A stretch of 64,000 nucleotides of DNA from Callorhinchus milii (lineage: Eukaryota): NCBI RefSeq assembly GCF_018977255.1, contig NW_024704743.1, positions 69,070,001-69,134,000 of the forward strand, written 5' to 3'. Shown piece after piece: positions 1-11,660 of the stretch (positions are counted from its first letter, which is position 1; each line of letters begins with the position of its first letter). The notes under the pieces are model-generated. The model saw nothing but the letters and a program-made list of their open reading frames with translations. It was not told where the DNA came from and ran no database searches. Position numbers and translations under genes: made by a program.

Positions 1-1239
1 TCTGACTTCGAGGCAAAAATGCCACGCTGACTCCTAGATAATTACTTTTCTGAACACAGCACAGCTCACTGCCCCCGTAACTAACCTCAGGGTAACTCCA
101 AAGAATGGTCCCTTTTGAGTGTTTACTGCTAACCATGAATGTGACCGACAGGCTACATTGATGTAAATACTTGCATTTGATAATATGGCATTAAATTGAC
201 TAATAGTTGTATAACATCAACATTAGAAGCTCATAGAAGACAATAAATTATGCTCTGAATATAGTGCTTAATGGCCTTTTACGCATAACTTGCTGATAGA
301 CAATTAAAAGGTTCTAAATCAGATCTTCCCACCTTTTTCCCTGGTGTTAGACACAGCTTCAGTCTAGTTCATTGTGTTGCTGGCCTTTTGTTAGTCTACG
401 CAGGAGCCATGTAGTCTGGCGATATTGATTAGAAACCAAGTCATCTGGCAAACAATGTCATCAAACCAGCTTGTCCCTGATCAATATTGCTCACAGTGCC
501 AGGTAATTTTGTATTCGCAATGCTACCTCGGCATTAATGATCTTATTCTGCTAAGTAGAGTGCTTGTCCATTATAGCTCCCAACCAGCCGAAGGTAAAGA
601 TTAATTCCTCTGCCCCATTAGAAACTGATACCCAATTTAAAGTTGGATTCCAGAACCTACAGTATGACAACTCATTAAGAGATCTGGATTATACAAGCTT
701 TTTGTAGAATCTTAAAATTGCAGCGTGGATATCATCAATTTGTCTCTGCTTGACCCAGCTCCTCCACTGGAATGAACTACAGGGCAATCTCATTATACCT
801 CTCTCCCCTGGGTCCAATTCTCAGAGACAGCGTTATACGGGAAATGCTAAAATGGCTGTTCAGGCAATCAGTTTAGCTTCTGGCACTCTACATGCTGTAC
901 ACAGGAAGTGTTGATCATGTTACTTCCTATACACTAGGTATGCAAGCTATGCACAAAGGGAAAAAATGCCCACTGACATCACTTCCTTTGTGAAATGATA
1001 CCAACAACAACAACTTGCATTTATATAGCGCCCTTCACGCGGGGTGGTGTCCTGGAGCGCTTCACACTAGCAACACATCTGGATGTAGTGTGCATGGATA
1101 AAGTCATCTTAGCCTGCATACACACCAAGTACAGGAAATGGCATCAAGGTGCATCATGTGCAGTGAAACCAGCTGTTGTGCTTCATTATAGGGTGGGATT
1201 TTATAGATTCCAACCACTGCATTATATCCGGGTTCCCTT

Positions 1240-2830
1240 AACCTGGCCCCACACCGCTCGTGGCCATCCAGCTTCTCCTTGGTCTCTTGCTAGTTGATAT
1301 CATCAACCTTTCCCTCCGCCAATTTCACAGCACCACCCACTTTCAAAACTGTCATCACCACCTCACTCCCTCCTCAAAAATCGCTCACCTGACCTTTACG
1401 TGCTCTCCAGCTACTGCTTCATTTCCAACTTGTCCTTCCATTCCAGGATGCTGCCTCTCAGCTTACTCTCCCAACATTCCCTCTTTGAGCACTCCAATCC
1501 ACAATGGTAATTCAACTGTCCCCTACCACCCCCCGATGGTTTTTAGGTGTACTGCTCCACTATTGATGGCCGTGCCTTCTGCCACTACATCCCAAAAACT
1601 ACACCTGTAAATCTCTCCCTCAATCCCTCTGCCTTGCCCCCTCCCTCCCCACCTTCAAATCCTGCTTAAAGCCCTAACTTTTTGATCGTGCTTACGGTCA
1701 CTTCCATCCTCCCGCGGCTCGGTGGCAGACTCCACCACTGTCAAATGCTCCGGTACGCTATCCTGCGTGAAGGGCACTATATAAATGCCAGTTGTTGTAT
1801 GTAATGTGCCTTTTCAAGCATATTATGCAATTGGAAATATATGCAGCTTACATATATATTGCATATATTGGCACCCATGAGAAGGTGGAGGAGAACTCCA
1901 TCACCCAACCGGCGCTTCACCACCAATAATGACCCATGGTCCCCAACAGGTTGTCAAATAAACATGGCTCTGCCATTGCCAATCTGGTTTCTGCCCTGCC
2001 CACAGCACTGATACTGCCCTGATCAAAGTCACCAATGACATACTCTCCATCTATCTCCAAGGATCTTTTTGCCTCTATATCCTCTATGTTCTCCTTGACC
2101 TTGATTCCAGGATTGTTCTGTCCAACTGCCTGTCAGACATCAAATCCTGGATGAGTTCCAACTTTCTCCAGATAAATGTCAACAAGGCTCTCCTGCTTGG
2201 CTCCCTTTAGCACCTTCTCAGTTCAGGATTTGGCGCAGTGATCTGCAAGGAAGCTCACTCCATTCTTCCGGAGTCAGTACAAAGTATTGGTGCCCTGTTC
2301 GATCCCTAACTCTCCTTTAAGTACTTCATCCAGATCTCATTTGCTCAGCTTTCCCTCATCTCTGCCTCTGTTTCTACCTCTCCCCTCAGCTGCCGAGACT
2401 CTCATTCAACACCATCAGTGGGTGAGCTTTCAGCCTTTATGCAGCTGCCCTTTGGAACTCCATCCTGGAGTCCTTCCTACTCCCTCCCTCTCTGCCCCCT
2501 TTCAAGACATGTCTTAAGCATGCTTCCTTGATCACACTTTCCATCATCTTTTCCCTCCGCAACCCCTCTGCTCCCATCCTCTGCTTGGGTGCCAAGCCAT
2601 CACTGTAAATGCACTTTGAGACATCCTCCCTACATGAAAGTGCCATATAAATGTAATTTGGAATGTGTTTACACCTTCTTCACAACTAGACTATTTGAAA
2701 ACCCTGCTCGCCGGACTCCCTAGTTCCTCCCAACACAAGTCGCAGACCATCCAGAACTCTGCAGTGCATATCCTCTCCTGCATTAGGCTCTGCGAATCTA
2801 TCACCCCCAACCTCAGTTAGCTCCACTGGC
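1240..2830 (+). mobile_element. Cluster of old, decayed L2 fragments
   Basis: Recognisable L2 pieces (atcatcaacct, gtcaccaatgacat, gacatcaaatcctggatg, atccagaactctgc) and two L2-type tails ending at about 1797 and 2660. Similar decayed L2 ends lie at about 1003-1065(-), 11895-12260(-), 21240-21540(-), 28150-28570(+), 33250-33545(+) and 58840-59230(-). Confidence 0.75.
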
Positions 2831-3021
2831 TAGCCAGCCCCCCACCCCACCCCCAAACCCTGGCACATGGTGGAGGTTGCTTCACAAAGGCCTCTGGTCT
2901 ATTGGAGGGCTGGACCGTGGCCTCCCGCCCTATCCTGTCACAGAGAACATGGCGCAGTCCACCAGAGGCCTTTGCGATGCATCTGATCGTGTCCAACATC
3001 CGCGGATTCTTTTTGTTAACA

Positions 3022-3166
3022 AAAGTGCTTGGTTGAATCCCTGGTATATGCTCAGTTTGCTGATAATAATAATAATCCTTGCATTTGATGTAGCGCCTTA
3101 TCGCATCTTTGAGACATCTCAAAGTGCTTCACAGAATATACTGTAAAGTGAATTGACTGTATATTT
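3022..3166 (+). repeat. 145-bp exact direct copy of 3607-3751
   Basis: Identical by eye from aaagtgcttggttgaatcc to gactgtatattt, offset 585 bp. Confidence 0.92.
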
Positions 3167-3185
3167 GGGATGTAGCCGAGATATT

Positions 3186-3496
3186 ATAATAATAATAATC
3201 CTTGCATTTGATATAGCGCTTTTCACATCTTCTAGACGTCGCAAAGTGCTTCACCAAATATACTGTAAAGTGAATTGACTTTATTTTTTTGTGGGCGAAA
3301 TGCAGCAGCCAATTGTGCACAGCAGTGTCCCACAAACAGTTGTGGTTTGAAGTGACTAATTTATTATGTTTTTTTGAGAGATTATTATCAGGCGTGTGGA
3401 GTAAGGAAACTTGCCCAAGCTTTCACCCTGCTGGGAATTGAACCCAGGTCTCTTGCATGCAAAGTGAGTACTCTAACCACTGAGCTACAGTACTCC
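3186..3496 (-). mobile_element. tRNA(Ala)-derived SINE, short form
   Basis: Same family; head ends actgagctacagtactcc on +. Confidence 0.9.
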
Positions 3497-3584
3497 ACAA
3501 ACCCTATATGTACCTGGTAGTGACTAGTTAAACCAGTGCCTTGTGATTAGGAGTTAACTGTATATTTATTTTATGATCATGAAA

Positions 3585-4210
3585 AACAAGAAGTACGCAG
3601 ACCAGGAAAGTGCTTGGTTGAATCCCTGGTATATGCTCAGTTTGCTGATAATAATAATAATCCTTGCATTTGATGTAGCGCCTTATCGCATCTTTGAGAC
3701 ATCTCAAAGTGCTTCACAGAATATACTGTAAAGTGAATTGACTGTATATTTTGTGGGCGAAACGCGGCAGCCAATTGCGCACAGCAGTGTCCCACAAACA
3801 GTCATGGGTTGAGTGAAGGAATATTTTGAAGGAATTATTATTACTCCTGGAAAACCGATCCGCTAATCGACTAGGTAAGCAGAGGTGTGTGGAGTAAGGA
3901 AACGTTTCGCCCTGATCTCAGCTGAGGTAATGTCAGAACTTTACATTTGACTTTGGCTTGGGTTGAGGTAGAGAAAAATTAGCCAGGATTCTTAATCCTG
4001 GTAGCTGAATAGTGACCTCTTCTGGAAGTACGCAGTGTGGTAAGTCAGATGAGCACAGGATTAGGCTTGGCTGCAATGTCTCTCACCATAGATTGGCATG
4101 TGAAAACTCACTATCAAGGCCAATATATGAAAAGTCTCAATACTGTACAAACTGTATCTGAGAAACTGTACTCCATAAAGGGAGTAGATAAGAAGTAGGG
4201 GAAGAGAAAA
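3585..4210 (+). mobile_element. Old SINE-like element split by a younger SINE (3649-3912)
   Basis: ggttgaatccctggtatatgctcagtttgctgat continues after the insert as ctgatctcagctgagg...aaaaattagccaggatt...caggattaggcttggctg. ctgat is duplicated at 3645-3649 and 3912-3916. Confidence 0.55.
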
Positions 4211-4537
4211 ATCGCTAAGAAAAATGTAGAATAAATAAAATTAATTAGATGGTAGGGACTTAAGGCAGTTTAGTATTTACAGCAGAATCATTTCACTATT
4301 TTAACCCTAGTGATCCCAGTGATAAATTCAGAGCCCTGCCATAATATATTATTTCAGGTTTCTCAGGGCAAACCAACCTTGTCTCAACATTCATTTTTCT
4401 CCAAACATAAATGGTAACCAAGTTCTAAAGTTTTATTTAACTTAACAAAAGTGTAATCTTTCCTAGGGTATGAAAAATATGTCTTTGTGTATCTCATTTT
4501 CCCGTTCCTTGATCGGGTTACAGTACTCCCTACCTAC

Positions 4538-4707
4538 CTCTCTCTGCCAAACAGGGTTGATGGTGTTGTAGGCAATGCCGGACCGTTTCTGCTGCCCATG
4601 GTGAGGTAAGACTGGGAAGATGCTGTGTTTCCCTGGCTGGATAGAAATCTTCAGATATGGATCCGGATTGAAGAACATCCCCTTCTTCAGCCCAACAGCA
4701 TGAAAAT
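4538..4707 (-). CDS. HECW1: HECW1 internal coding exon (170 bp, C2 domain)
   Basis: ttgccctctttag|AT TTT CAT...CAG AGA GAG|gtaggt = (D)[56 protein letters not shown], inside ORF 4463..4759. [13 protein letters not shown] is HECW1-type; recalled HECW2 has KMSIQPGKKSSFP. Confidence 0.97.
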
Positions 4708-6959
4708 CTAAAGAGGGCAAACAAAAAGATTTACAAATACAGAAGTATGTAACATGCATCCAATAAACTTTGTGAGGGTTTATACATTAATCAATCTGCT
4801 TCCACACAATATTGACAGGCATATATTGTGAACCAGAACAATTTAATTGGTCAATATTCTGTGGTATGAGAAATAATCTTAATATTCACATGCAATTATA
4901 TTCACAAGTAACCATATGATAACTAAGGAATGACTACACACTCCACTCATTTCTGAACATTTTTGGCTGCATAAATATATTGATGGTTGATTTAATTTAT
5001 TTTTAAAATATTGATGCTTGATTTTATATCCATGAAATTATCGGTGTTTTAGGATTTTCAGTCCATATGTAGGGAAAACTTATCTTATACACCTGCCTGA
5101 AAGGGTGATGGAAGCAGTTTCAATAATAACTTTCAAGCGGGGATTGGACATATCCTTGAATAGGAAAAAAATTCCAAGGCTATGGGGAAAGAGCGGGGGA
5201 GTGGAACTAATTGGATAGCTCTTACAAAGAGCTGGAGCAGGCACGATGGGCCAAATGGCCTGCTTCTGTGCTGTAAGATTCTAGACCTCTATCTTCATGG
5301 GAATATTGCTGGAAAATCATTCCACTTGTTTGTGAATAAGTAGTGTTGGTATTTAATGCTGTAACACTCATTCATGACTTAAATGTAATGAAAGTGCTAC
5401 AAGACGTCATCCTCCTCAAATTAAAAAAATGTGTTGTATGAAATATTATTTTTATGAAGATAGTGTTTGTTTACAAAAAAGACAAAATGCCGGTTCCCAC
5501 ATGCTCCCAAACAGTCAATCCAGAAATACAAGTCAGACGGAATTAGGAAATGATCAGGAGAAGCTAAAGTCAATGCCAAAGGTGCAAATCCTCTTTATTG
5601 AAGAAATAAACCTACGAATACATATATGTCAGGGCTCCTGTCTCCCCTACAGCAGAATCCAATGTTAATAATGTTGTACTCTGTGCAAAAATACCAGATT
5701 GTGATTTTCAGTGCAGAGTAGGCAGGATGTGCCTTGAGTTGGATTTGCATTCCACTCTGCATTCTTTCATTTCCAGAGTGTTACAGAAAGCCTGCATATT
5801 CTTCTGAATCCAGAAAAAAAAGTCTCACTTCTCAAAGGGTTAATGCATTTCCTTTTTACGAAACAAGACATAAATGATCTAGATCAGCCATCTAATGGAA
5901 ATTGCTTGCAACAGTTAGCGATGTTGCCAGATCCACTTAGGAGAGATGCACACTGAAGTTTCTGATCTTTGCAACACGCCAGGGCGAAAGGAAGAAAGGA
6001 TCATCCATGGGGCCCTAGGGAGCTTCTGATGTGACAATTGACACTAACATTTTGAACGATGATGCCTGACTGAAGTAGGATTTGGTCCATTCGCAATGGA
6101 GATCGAATTGCCCAAGAGAACTTGTTATTTCTGCAGCTTGTCACAGGAAGAGGCGGAAATATAAATACTTTTCATTAAATATTTAAAACTACAGCGATTT
6201 GTTGAGAGCTTCACAGAGTGGTTTCAGGTTTCATGGAATGGTTAATATTTTAATGAAGACGATATTCAGTTACACTAAAAAGCGTTAGGAGATAATCAAA
6301 AGGAAACACTGAACAACTGCATTATATGGGCTATAATAGGAACTATTGATCTTTTGAACTGTTCTAATCATGATGCCCCACTCCTAAATAATTGTATACC
6401 TTAAAGCCTTACACATTCTGTTTGATGCACTTACCTAATCTACATGATGCAAAACAAATTAGCATTTGTCTGTACTTCTCCAACTTTTCCTTTTCTGAAT
6501 TTCAATTACAACCAGGTCTATTTTGAAATAAATTCCTTCAAGAGGAAGCTAGGCCTTCACATGATGGAGTGGGGAATGCAAGGGTAGGGAGCTAGGCGTG
6601 GATGGAGACTCATGAGGAGTATAAATGGGGACTGGTTGCATCGAGTGGCCTGTTTCCATGCTGTACACCCTACGTAAATTTTTGAAATGTAGAATTTTTT
6701 AAACCTATCCCCTAGTATCAAAACTCTACTCTAACATCTGACAGTGTTAGCTGATATTTAAATACATCAATATAATCAATAAATGCCTTTGGTACATTTT
6801 TGTTTGTTTGTCTAGTTCTCTCATTTCTCGTGATGGATTTTCAACAGTTCTTGCAAATGGAGGACTTCAGTTGAAAAATACGGTTCCTGATGTGATAATT
6901 GTCATTGGTGATATTGTCACATTGCTAGAAATTCCGGCCATTATCAATATTTTCAGTTA

Positions 6960-7281
6960 ATAATAATAATAATAATCCTTGCATTTGATATAGCGCTTTT
7001 CACGTCGGGAGCACGTCCCAAAGCGCTTCACAGAACACACTGTAAAGTGAATTGACTGTATATTTGTGGGCGAACGCGGCAGCCAATTGCGCACAGCAAT
7101 GTCCCACAAACAGTCATGGATTGAAAATGACCAATTTATTATTGTTTTGTTTTTTTGGAGGGATTATTATTAGGCTCTGTGTGGAGTAAGGAAACTTGCC
7201 CAAGGTTTCGCCCTGCCGGGAATCGAACCCAGATCTCTCACTTGCAAAGCAAGTGCTCTAACCACTGAGCTACAGGACTCC
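6960..7281 (-). mobile_element. tRNA(Ala)-derived SINE, short form, full length
   Basis: Reverse complement closely matches 25251-25573 along its whole length. Confidence 0.93.
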
Positions 7282-8533
7282 ACATCGTCTAGCTACAGAT
7301 GAAGTGCCCTACTACACCCCCATACTTTGTCAAAATACTTCAGTCCAAGGTCATTCATGATAAGCCTTTGAGTAGTCCCCTAGCTACCACTGAACCTGCT
7401 GCCATTTGTGGAGTCCCATAGCATATTGGTTAGCGTGCTAGCCTCGCAAGCGAGAGGACCCAAGTTCGATTCCTGGGCAGGGCAAAACCTTTGGCTAGTT
7501 TCCTTACTCCACATGCCTCTGTTTACCGAGCAGTGAGTTGTTAGTCGATTGGTGGATTGCTTTCTGGGGGTAATAATCTTGTTAAAAACAAATTTGGTAA
7601 ATAATAATTATTTGGTCACTCAATCCACGACTTTTTGTGGGCCTTCTAGTCAGATACTTTCAACATAACACTGCTCATTGCTTTCTATCAACTAGATATA
7701 GTATTTACAAATCCAGTTTATGCCAATAAGAGCAATGAGGATAATACTCAGTGTTAGAGCTATGAGCAATGATTAGACAAGCCAGGGATCTTCAGTTTTG
7801 AGAGATCTCAGAGGGACCTGATAGAAGTGCATAACATTTTAAATTGGATTGAAAAAGTAAACCCATAACAACAACAACAACAAGATTGCATTTATAGAGC
7901 GCCTTTCACATCGGGAGGATGTCCCAAGGCCTGAAACCAAAACAGTTTTGGTTTCACCAAGACAGTAGAAAAAGAGGACACAGGTTTAGAGATGCAAAGG
8001 GCAATATTAAGACAGACACCAGGATTTGTTTGCTTTACCCAGGGGTAATTAACGAGTGGAACATGTTGCCAGGAAAGATGGTTAGGACAGGACATTGGCT
8101 TGATGCTGTGATGGGCGGACGGTAGAGTGGGTGTTCTGGAGGGATGAGATCAGTTGAGCCGAAGGGCCTTCATCATCCAAACTGATCTTAAAATCATAGT
8201 TTTTAAGGGGGATTCATGTTAGCTTTTAGAAGGGAATTAAATAAATATCTGAAAAGAGAAGTATAAAAAGGTATGGGAAAAGGCAGGAGAATGGAGTTAA
8301 ATGGACAGCTCTTTCAGACAGAGACACGATAGGCACGATGGGCTGAATGTCCTCAATTGGTGCTATAAATTTCTATGGTTCTATTGTTCTACAGAAACTG
8401 ACAGATTAATTGTTCCGTTCTGAGTAATGCGTTGCATGTCCATGTCACATGGATACAATGAAATCTATTACAAAGATGATAATTGCCTTGTTTTTGAAAG
8501 TCAGGGTCAGAGTGCGTTAACATGTATCCATAC

Positions 8534-8609
8534 CTGACAGTGTAAAACTGATCAACCTCCGGGTGCCTTGACTTTGAGCAGCTTCTTCACTGGAAATAGT
8601 TTTCAAAAC
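8534..8609 (-). CDS. HECW1: HECW1 internal coding exon (76 bp, linker into the C2 domain)
   Basis: ttctctggcag|GTT TTG AAA ACT ATT TCC AGT GAA GAA GCT GCT CAA AGT CAA GGC ACC CGG AGG TTG ATC AGT TTT ACA CTG TCA G|gtatgg = VLKTISSEEAAQSQGTRRLISFTLS. Resembles recalled human IFKSIGADETVQGQGSRRLISFSLS. Phase 0 to phase 1, compatible with both neighbours. Confidence 0.93.
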
Positions 8610-10084
8610 CTGCCAGAGAAAAATTAAGAGAAAAATGCAGTCAATAGTACGATTCTTGTTCAAGGGAATAAATTCAAGGCAAGGGGAGCAATAAAGAGCT
8701 TCTCAAAACTCACATGAGAGGGAGTAAAACAATGAGATGCTCTCAATTGATGTCTGTGCATTGATCAAACACGGTGTATTCGTGGCATAATAATTGAAAG
8801 TATCTCTGACAACAAATTACCTAAACAAAGAAGCAAATGAAATCCTTAGTAACAGTGGGTTCTTAAAATGCAGGATTCATTACTGGCTTCATACATAGTG
8901 ACTTATGCTGGCAACTGGCAGTGTGTCTCAGCTACTGATGAGAATAGAAGGGCACAGAGAGGGGAATAGGAGAGATGAGGGCTTGTGTGGAATATAAATA
9001 CTGGCATGGAATAGTTGGGCTGAATGGCCTGCCTCCGTACTGTGTCATTCTATGTAACTCTATCCAATTCCAATCAGTCCAAATAGTTTCTGGAGCAGTG
9101 ATCCTGAAGGTTGGAATGACAAAACTGGCAAGAGCTCCTATCTGTAAATCTTGTTATGAATACCATGTTTTAGTCTCCAATGTGTCTGTTCAGAAATGGA
9201 AATCATTTCCTGGAGCACCTAAAGATTTGTTTTGGTGACGTATATATTATTTAATCCTTTGAACGTTGTAATTACTTCATTATGGAGAGATGACCAGTCA
9301 TGTAATTACCTCCACAAGTAACTCTGATTAGGCAAGCCATGGGTAACAAAACTATTATCTAGTTCAGCTTAGCTTTAGAATTGAGATATTTATCATCATA
9401 ATCTTTGCACTAAAATAGTGCTTATAATTCCAAAATTGCTTTCAAGTGTATTGATTGTGCTCGTGTTAGCAAATCCCACAGATTTGCTTAAAGTATCCCA
9501 GAAGCAACATGAAGAGCATGACTATTTTTCTGTTGGCCAGTACAACAGGAGAAACAGGTTATTTTATGAACTGAGTCATGGAATCTTTAACATCCAGTTG
9601 AACATGCAGGCCATGGGTAACATCTCGTTCTACCTTCGATAACACAGCCTTGCCCTGGAGGGTCAGCTTCCACTCTCTGCTCAAAGTCCATGGCTTGAAA
9701 GAACAACCTTCTGACCCAGAGGCAAGAGTGCTGCCAGCTGAGCCAGGCTGACACATCAGACTGGAACATAGAAATACAACCAGAAAAAGCATTGCCAACA
9801 TCTGGCTGGTCCCAAAGCAATAAATGAATAAATAATCATGCACCACTCTATATCTCATACCTGCAAATCTCTCTTGATGTTCCTGTCAAAATCTGTTTCC
9901 ACCACCTCCCTCGGTAATCCATTTCACACATTTACCACTCTCCTCTGTACACAATAATTAAACCTGATCTCTCTGATCACCTTCTCTTCTCTGATCTTTA
10001 GCCTATCTCCTCCTGTTCTTATAGCGCTCTGAGTCCCTACCCTGAGGGTGCTACATAAATGTAAATTGCTGTTGTTGTCGAGAA

Positions 10085-11660
10085 CATAAGAAATGTTAGA
10101 CAAAAAAAGGTCCATCTAGTTCTCCTTCCATCTTCCTGGTGGTCGAATGCACATATGTCCCAAATTACCTATGTACTGTATCCCATAATGTTATCTCCTA
10201 AAAGAAAACTATCTAATCTGTGTTTGAAAGAATCAACACTTCCTGCTTCCCTAGGGAGCCACAGGTTCACTATTCACTCACTGAAATAGTGTTTGCATAG
10301 ATTTGTTCTGAATTTGCCTCCTGTCATTCTGGTTTTACTATTCTGGACAAGTTGAAACCGCCTGTCATGATCTATATTGTTTTGCCCCTTTAGAATCTTA
10401 AAGACAGCAATCATGTTGCCTCTCAATCTTCTCTTTTCCAGCGTGAACATGCCCAATTTACTTAGTCGTTCCTCATAGTACAGACCCTTCATTCCCTCAA
10501 TCATTTTGATTGCCCTCCTCTGTATCTTCTCGATTTCTCCATTATCCTTTTTATACTGTGGTGACCAGAACTGTACTCTTAAGTATGGTCTCACCAATGA
10601 TTTATACATTGGCAGGATTACTCCACTACTTCAGATTTTATGTTCTAGATTGTATTACAATTCAGCCCATCGAGCTTCTTCCACAGTTTATTAGACATTG
10701 GCAGATATTTTAACCCAAATTGGCAGATATTTGAACATTGCAATTTTTCACCCACATATCAAAAATTTACAAAGAATGTACAGCATCGAAACAGGCCATT
10801 CAGCCCAACCTGTCTATGCCAGTGTTTATACTTCACGCAAGTCTTCACCCATTCCTTACTCCCTCCCGTATCCTTCTATTCCCTCTTCCCTCATGTAAAG
10901 ATTGAGCTTCCTCTTGAATGCATCTCCACTAGGAGTTTCCAACCAGTCAATCATGATCCACTTTTTGGAGCGTCAAGGAGGGGCCGCCAAACACCTGCAC
11001 CAGTCCAGGCAGGTCCAGTAGCTACCAAAGTCCAGCAGCTACTGAGCTACAATACCCATGGCATCGCAATAAATTAAGAAAAATTAAATAATGAAAAAAT
11101 TACTTTTTGGCCAATCATGAAGGTTGGCGACTATTGATCTACACGATCTGATTATCTGATTCCACCACCATATCAGGGAACATGTTCCGCAATCTCACTA
11201 TCCTCTGCATGAAATAGTTCCTCCCAAATTCTCTTTTAAATCTCCTAATCACTATCATATACTTGCGTCTCTTGGTTACGACTCCCCAACCAGTAAAAAC
11301 TGTTTATTTATGTTAACTACTTCTATTACATCCCCTCGTTAAACATCTCTTTTCTAGCAAAAAAAAAGGTCTAACTTATCCAGTCTATCCTGATAGTAGT
11401 AACCTGGCAGCTCTGGTATCGTCCTAGTAATCCTGTACTGCACTCTTTTCATCACTGGTACATCCTTCCTATCGTGTGGAGCCAGAATTGGACACAGTAC
11501 TCCAAATGTGCTCTAACAAAGGCTTTGTACAAATTCAACATCATCTCCTCACTTTTACATTCTATCCTTCTGGATATAAAGCCCAAGAACCCATTGGCCT
11601 TTTTATAGCCTCATCTATCATGTTACATAGAGTTTCATAGAATGATACGGCAAGGAGCCA
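10085..11660 (-). mobile_element. Decayed CR1 3' fragments (several), one interrupted by a hAT MITE
   Basis: ORF 10274..10609 (YKSLVRP...VQFWSP...YEERLSKLGMFTLEKRRLRG) is CR1 ORF2 C-terminus. Other CR1 remnants lie at about 5095-5285(+), 7700-8385(+), 14220-14500(+), 24105-24305(+, GVPQGS/FEDDIK), 29460-29900(-), 59400-59950(-) and 61780-62100(+). Confidence 0.8.
10930..11136. mobile_element. Non-autonomous hAT (Charlie-like) DNA transposon / MITE
   Basis: Degenerate terminal inverted repeats taggagtttccaacc ... ggttggcgactattg. Flanking 8-bp direct repeat atctccac (10922-10929) / atctacac (11137-11144). Removing it appears to restore a continuous CR1 3' end. Confidence 0.65.

Noticed and set aside
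1..4537. Expected next HECW1 exon (…DVLEIEVKDKFAKSRP…)
   Set aside because: Not found; it probably lies beyond the left edge.
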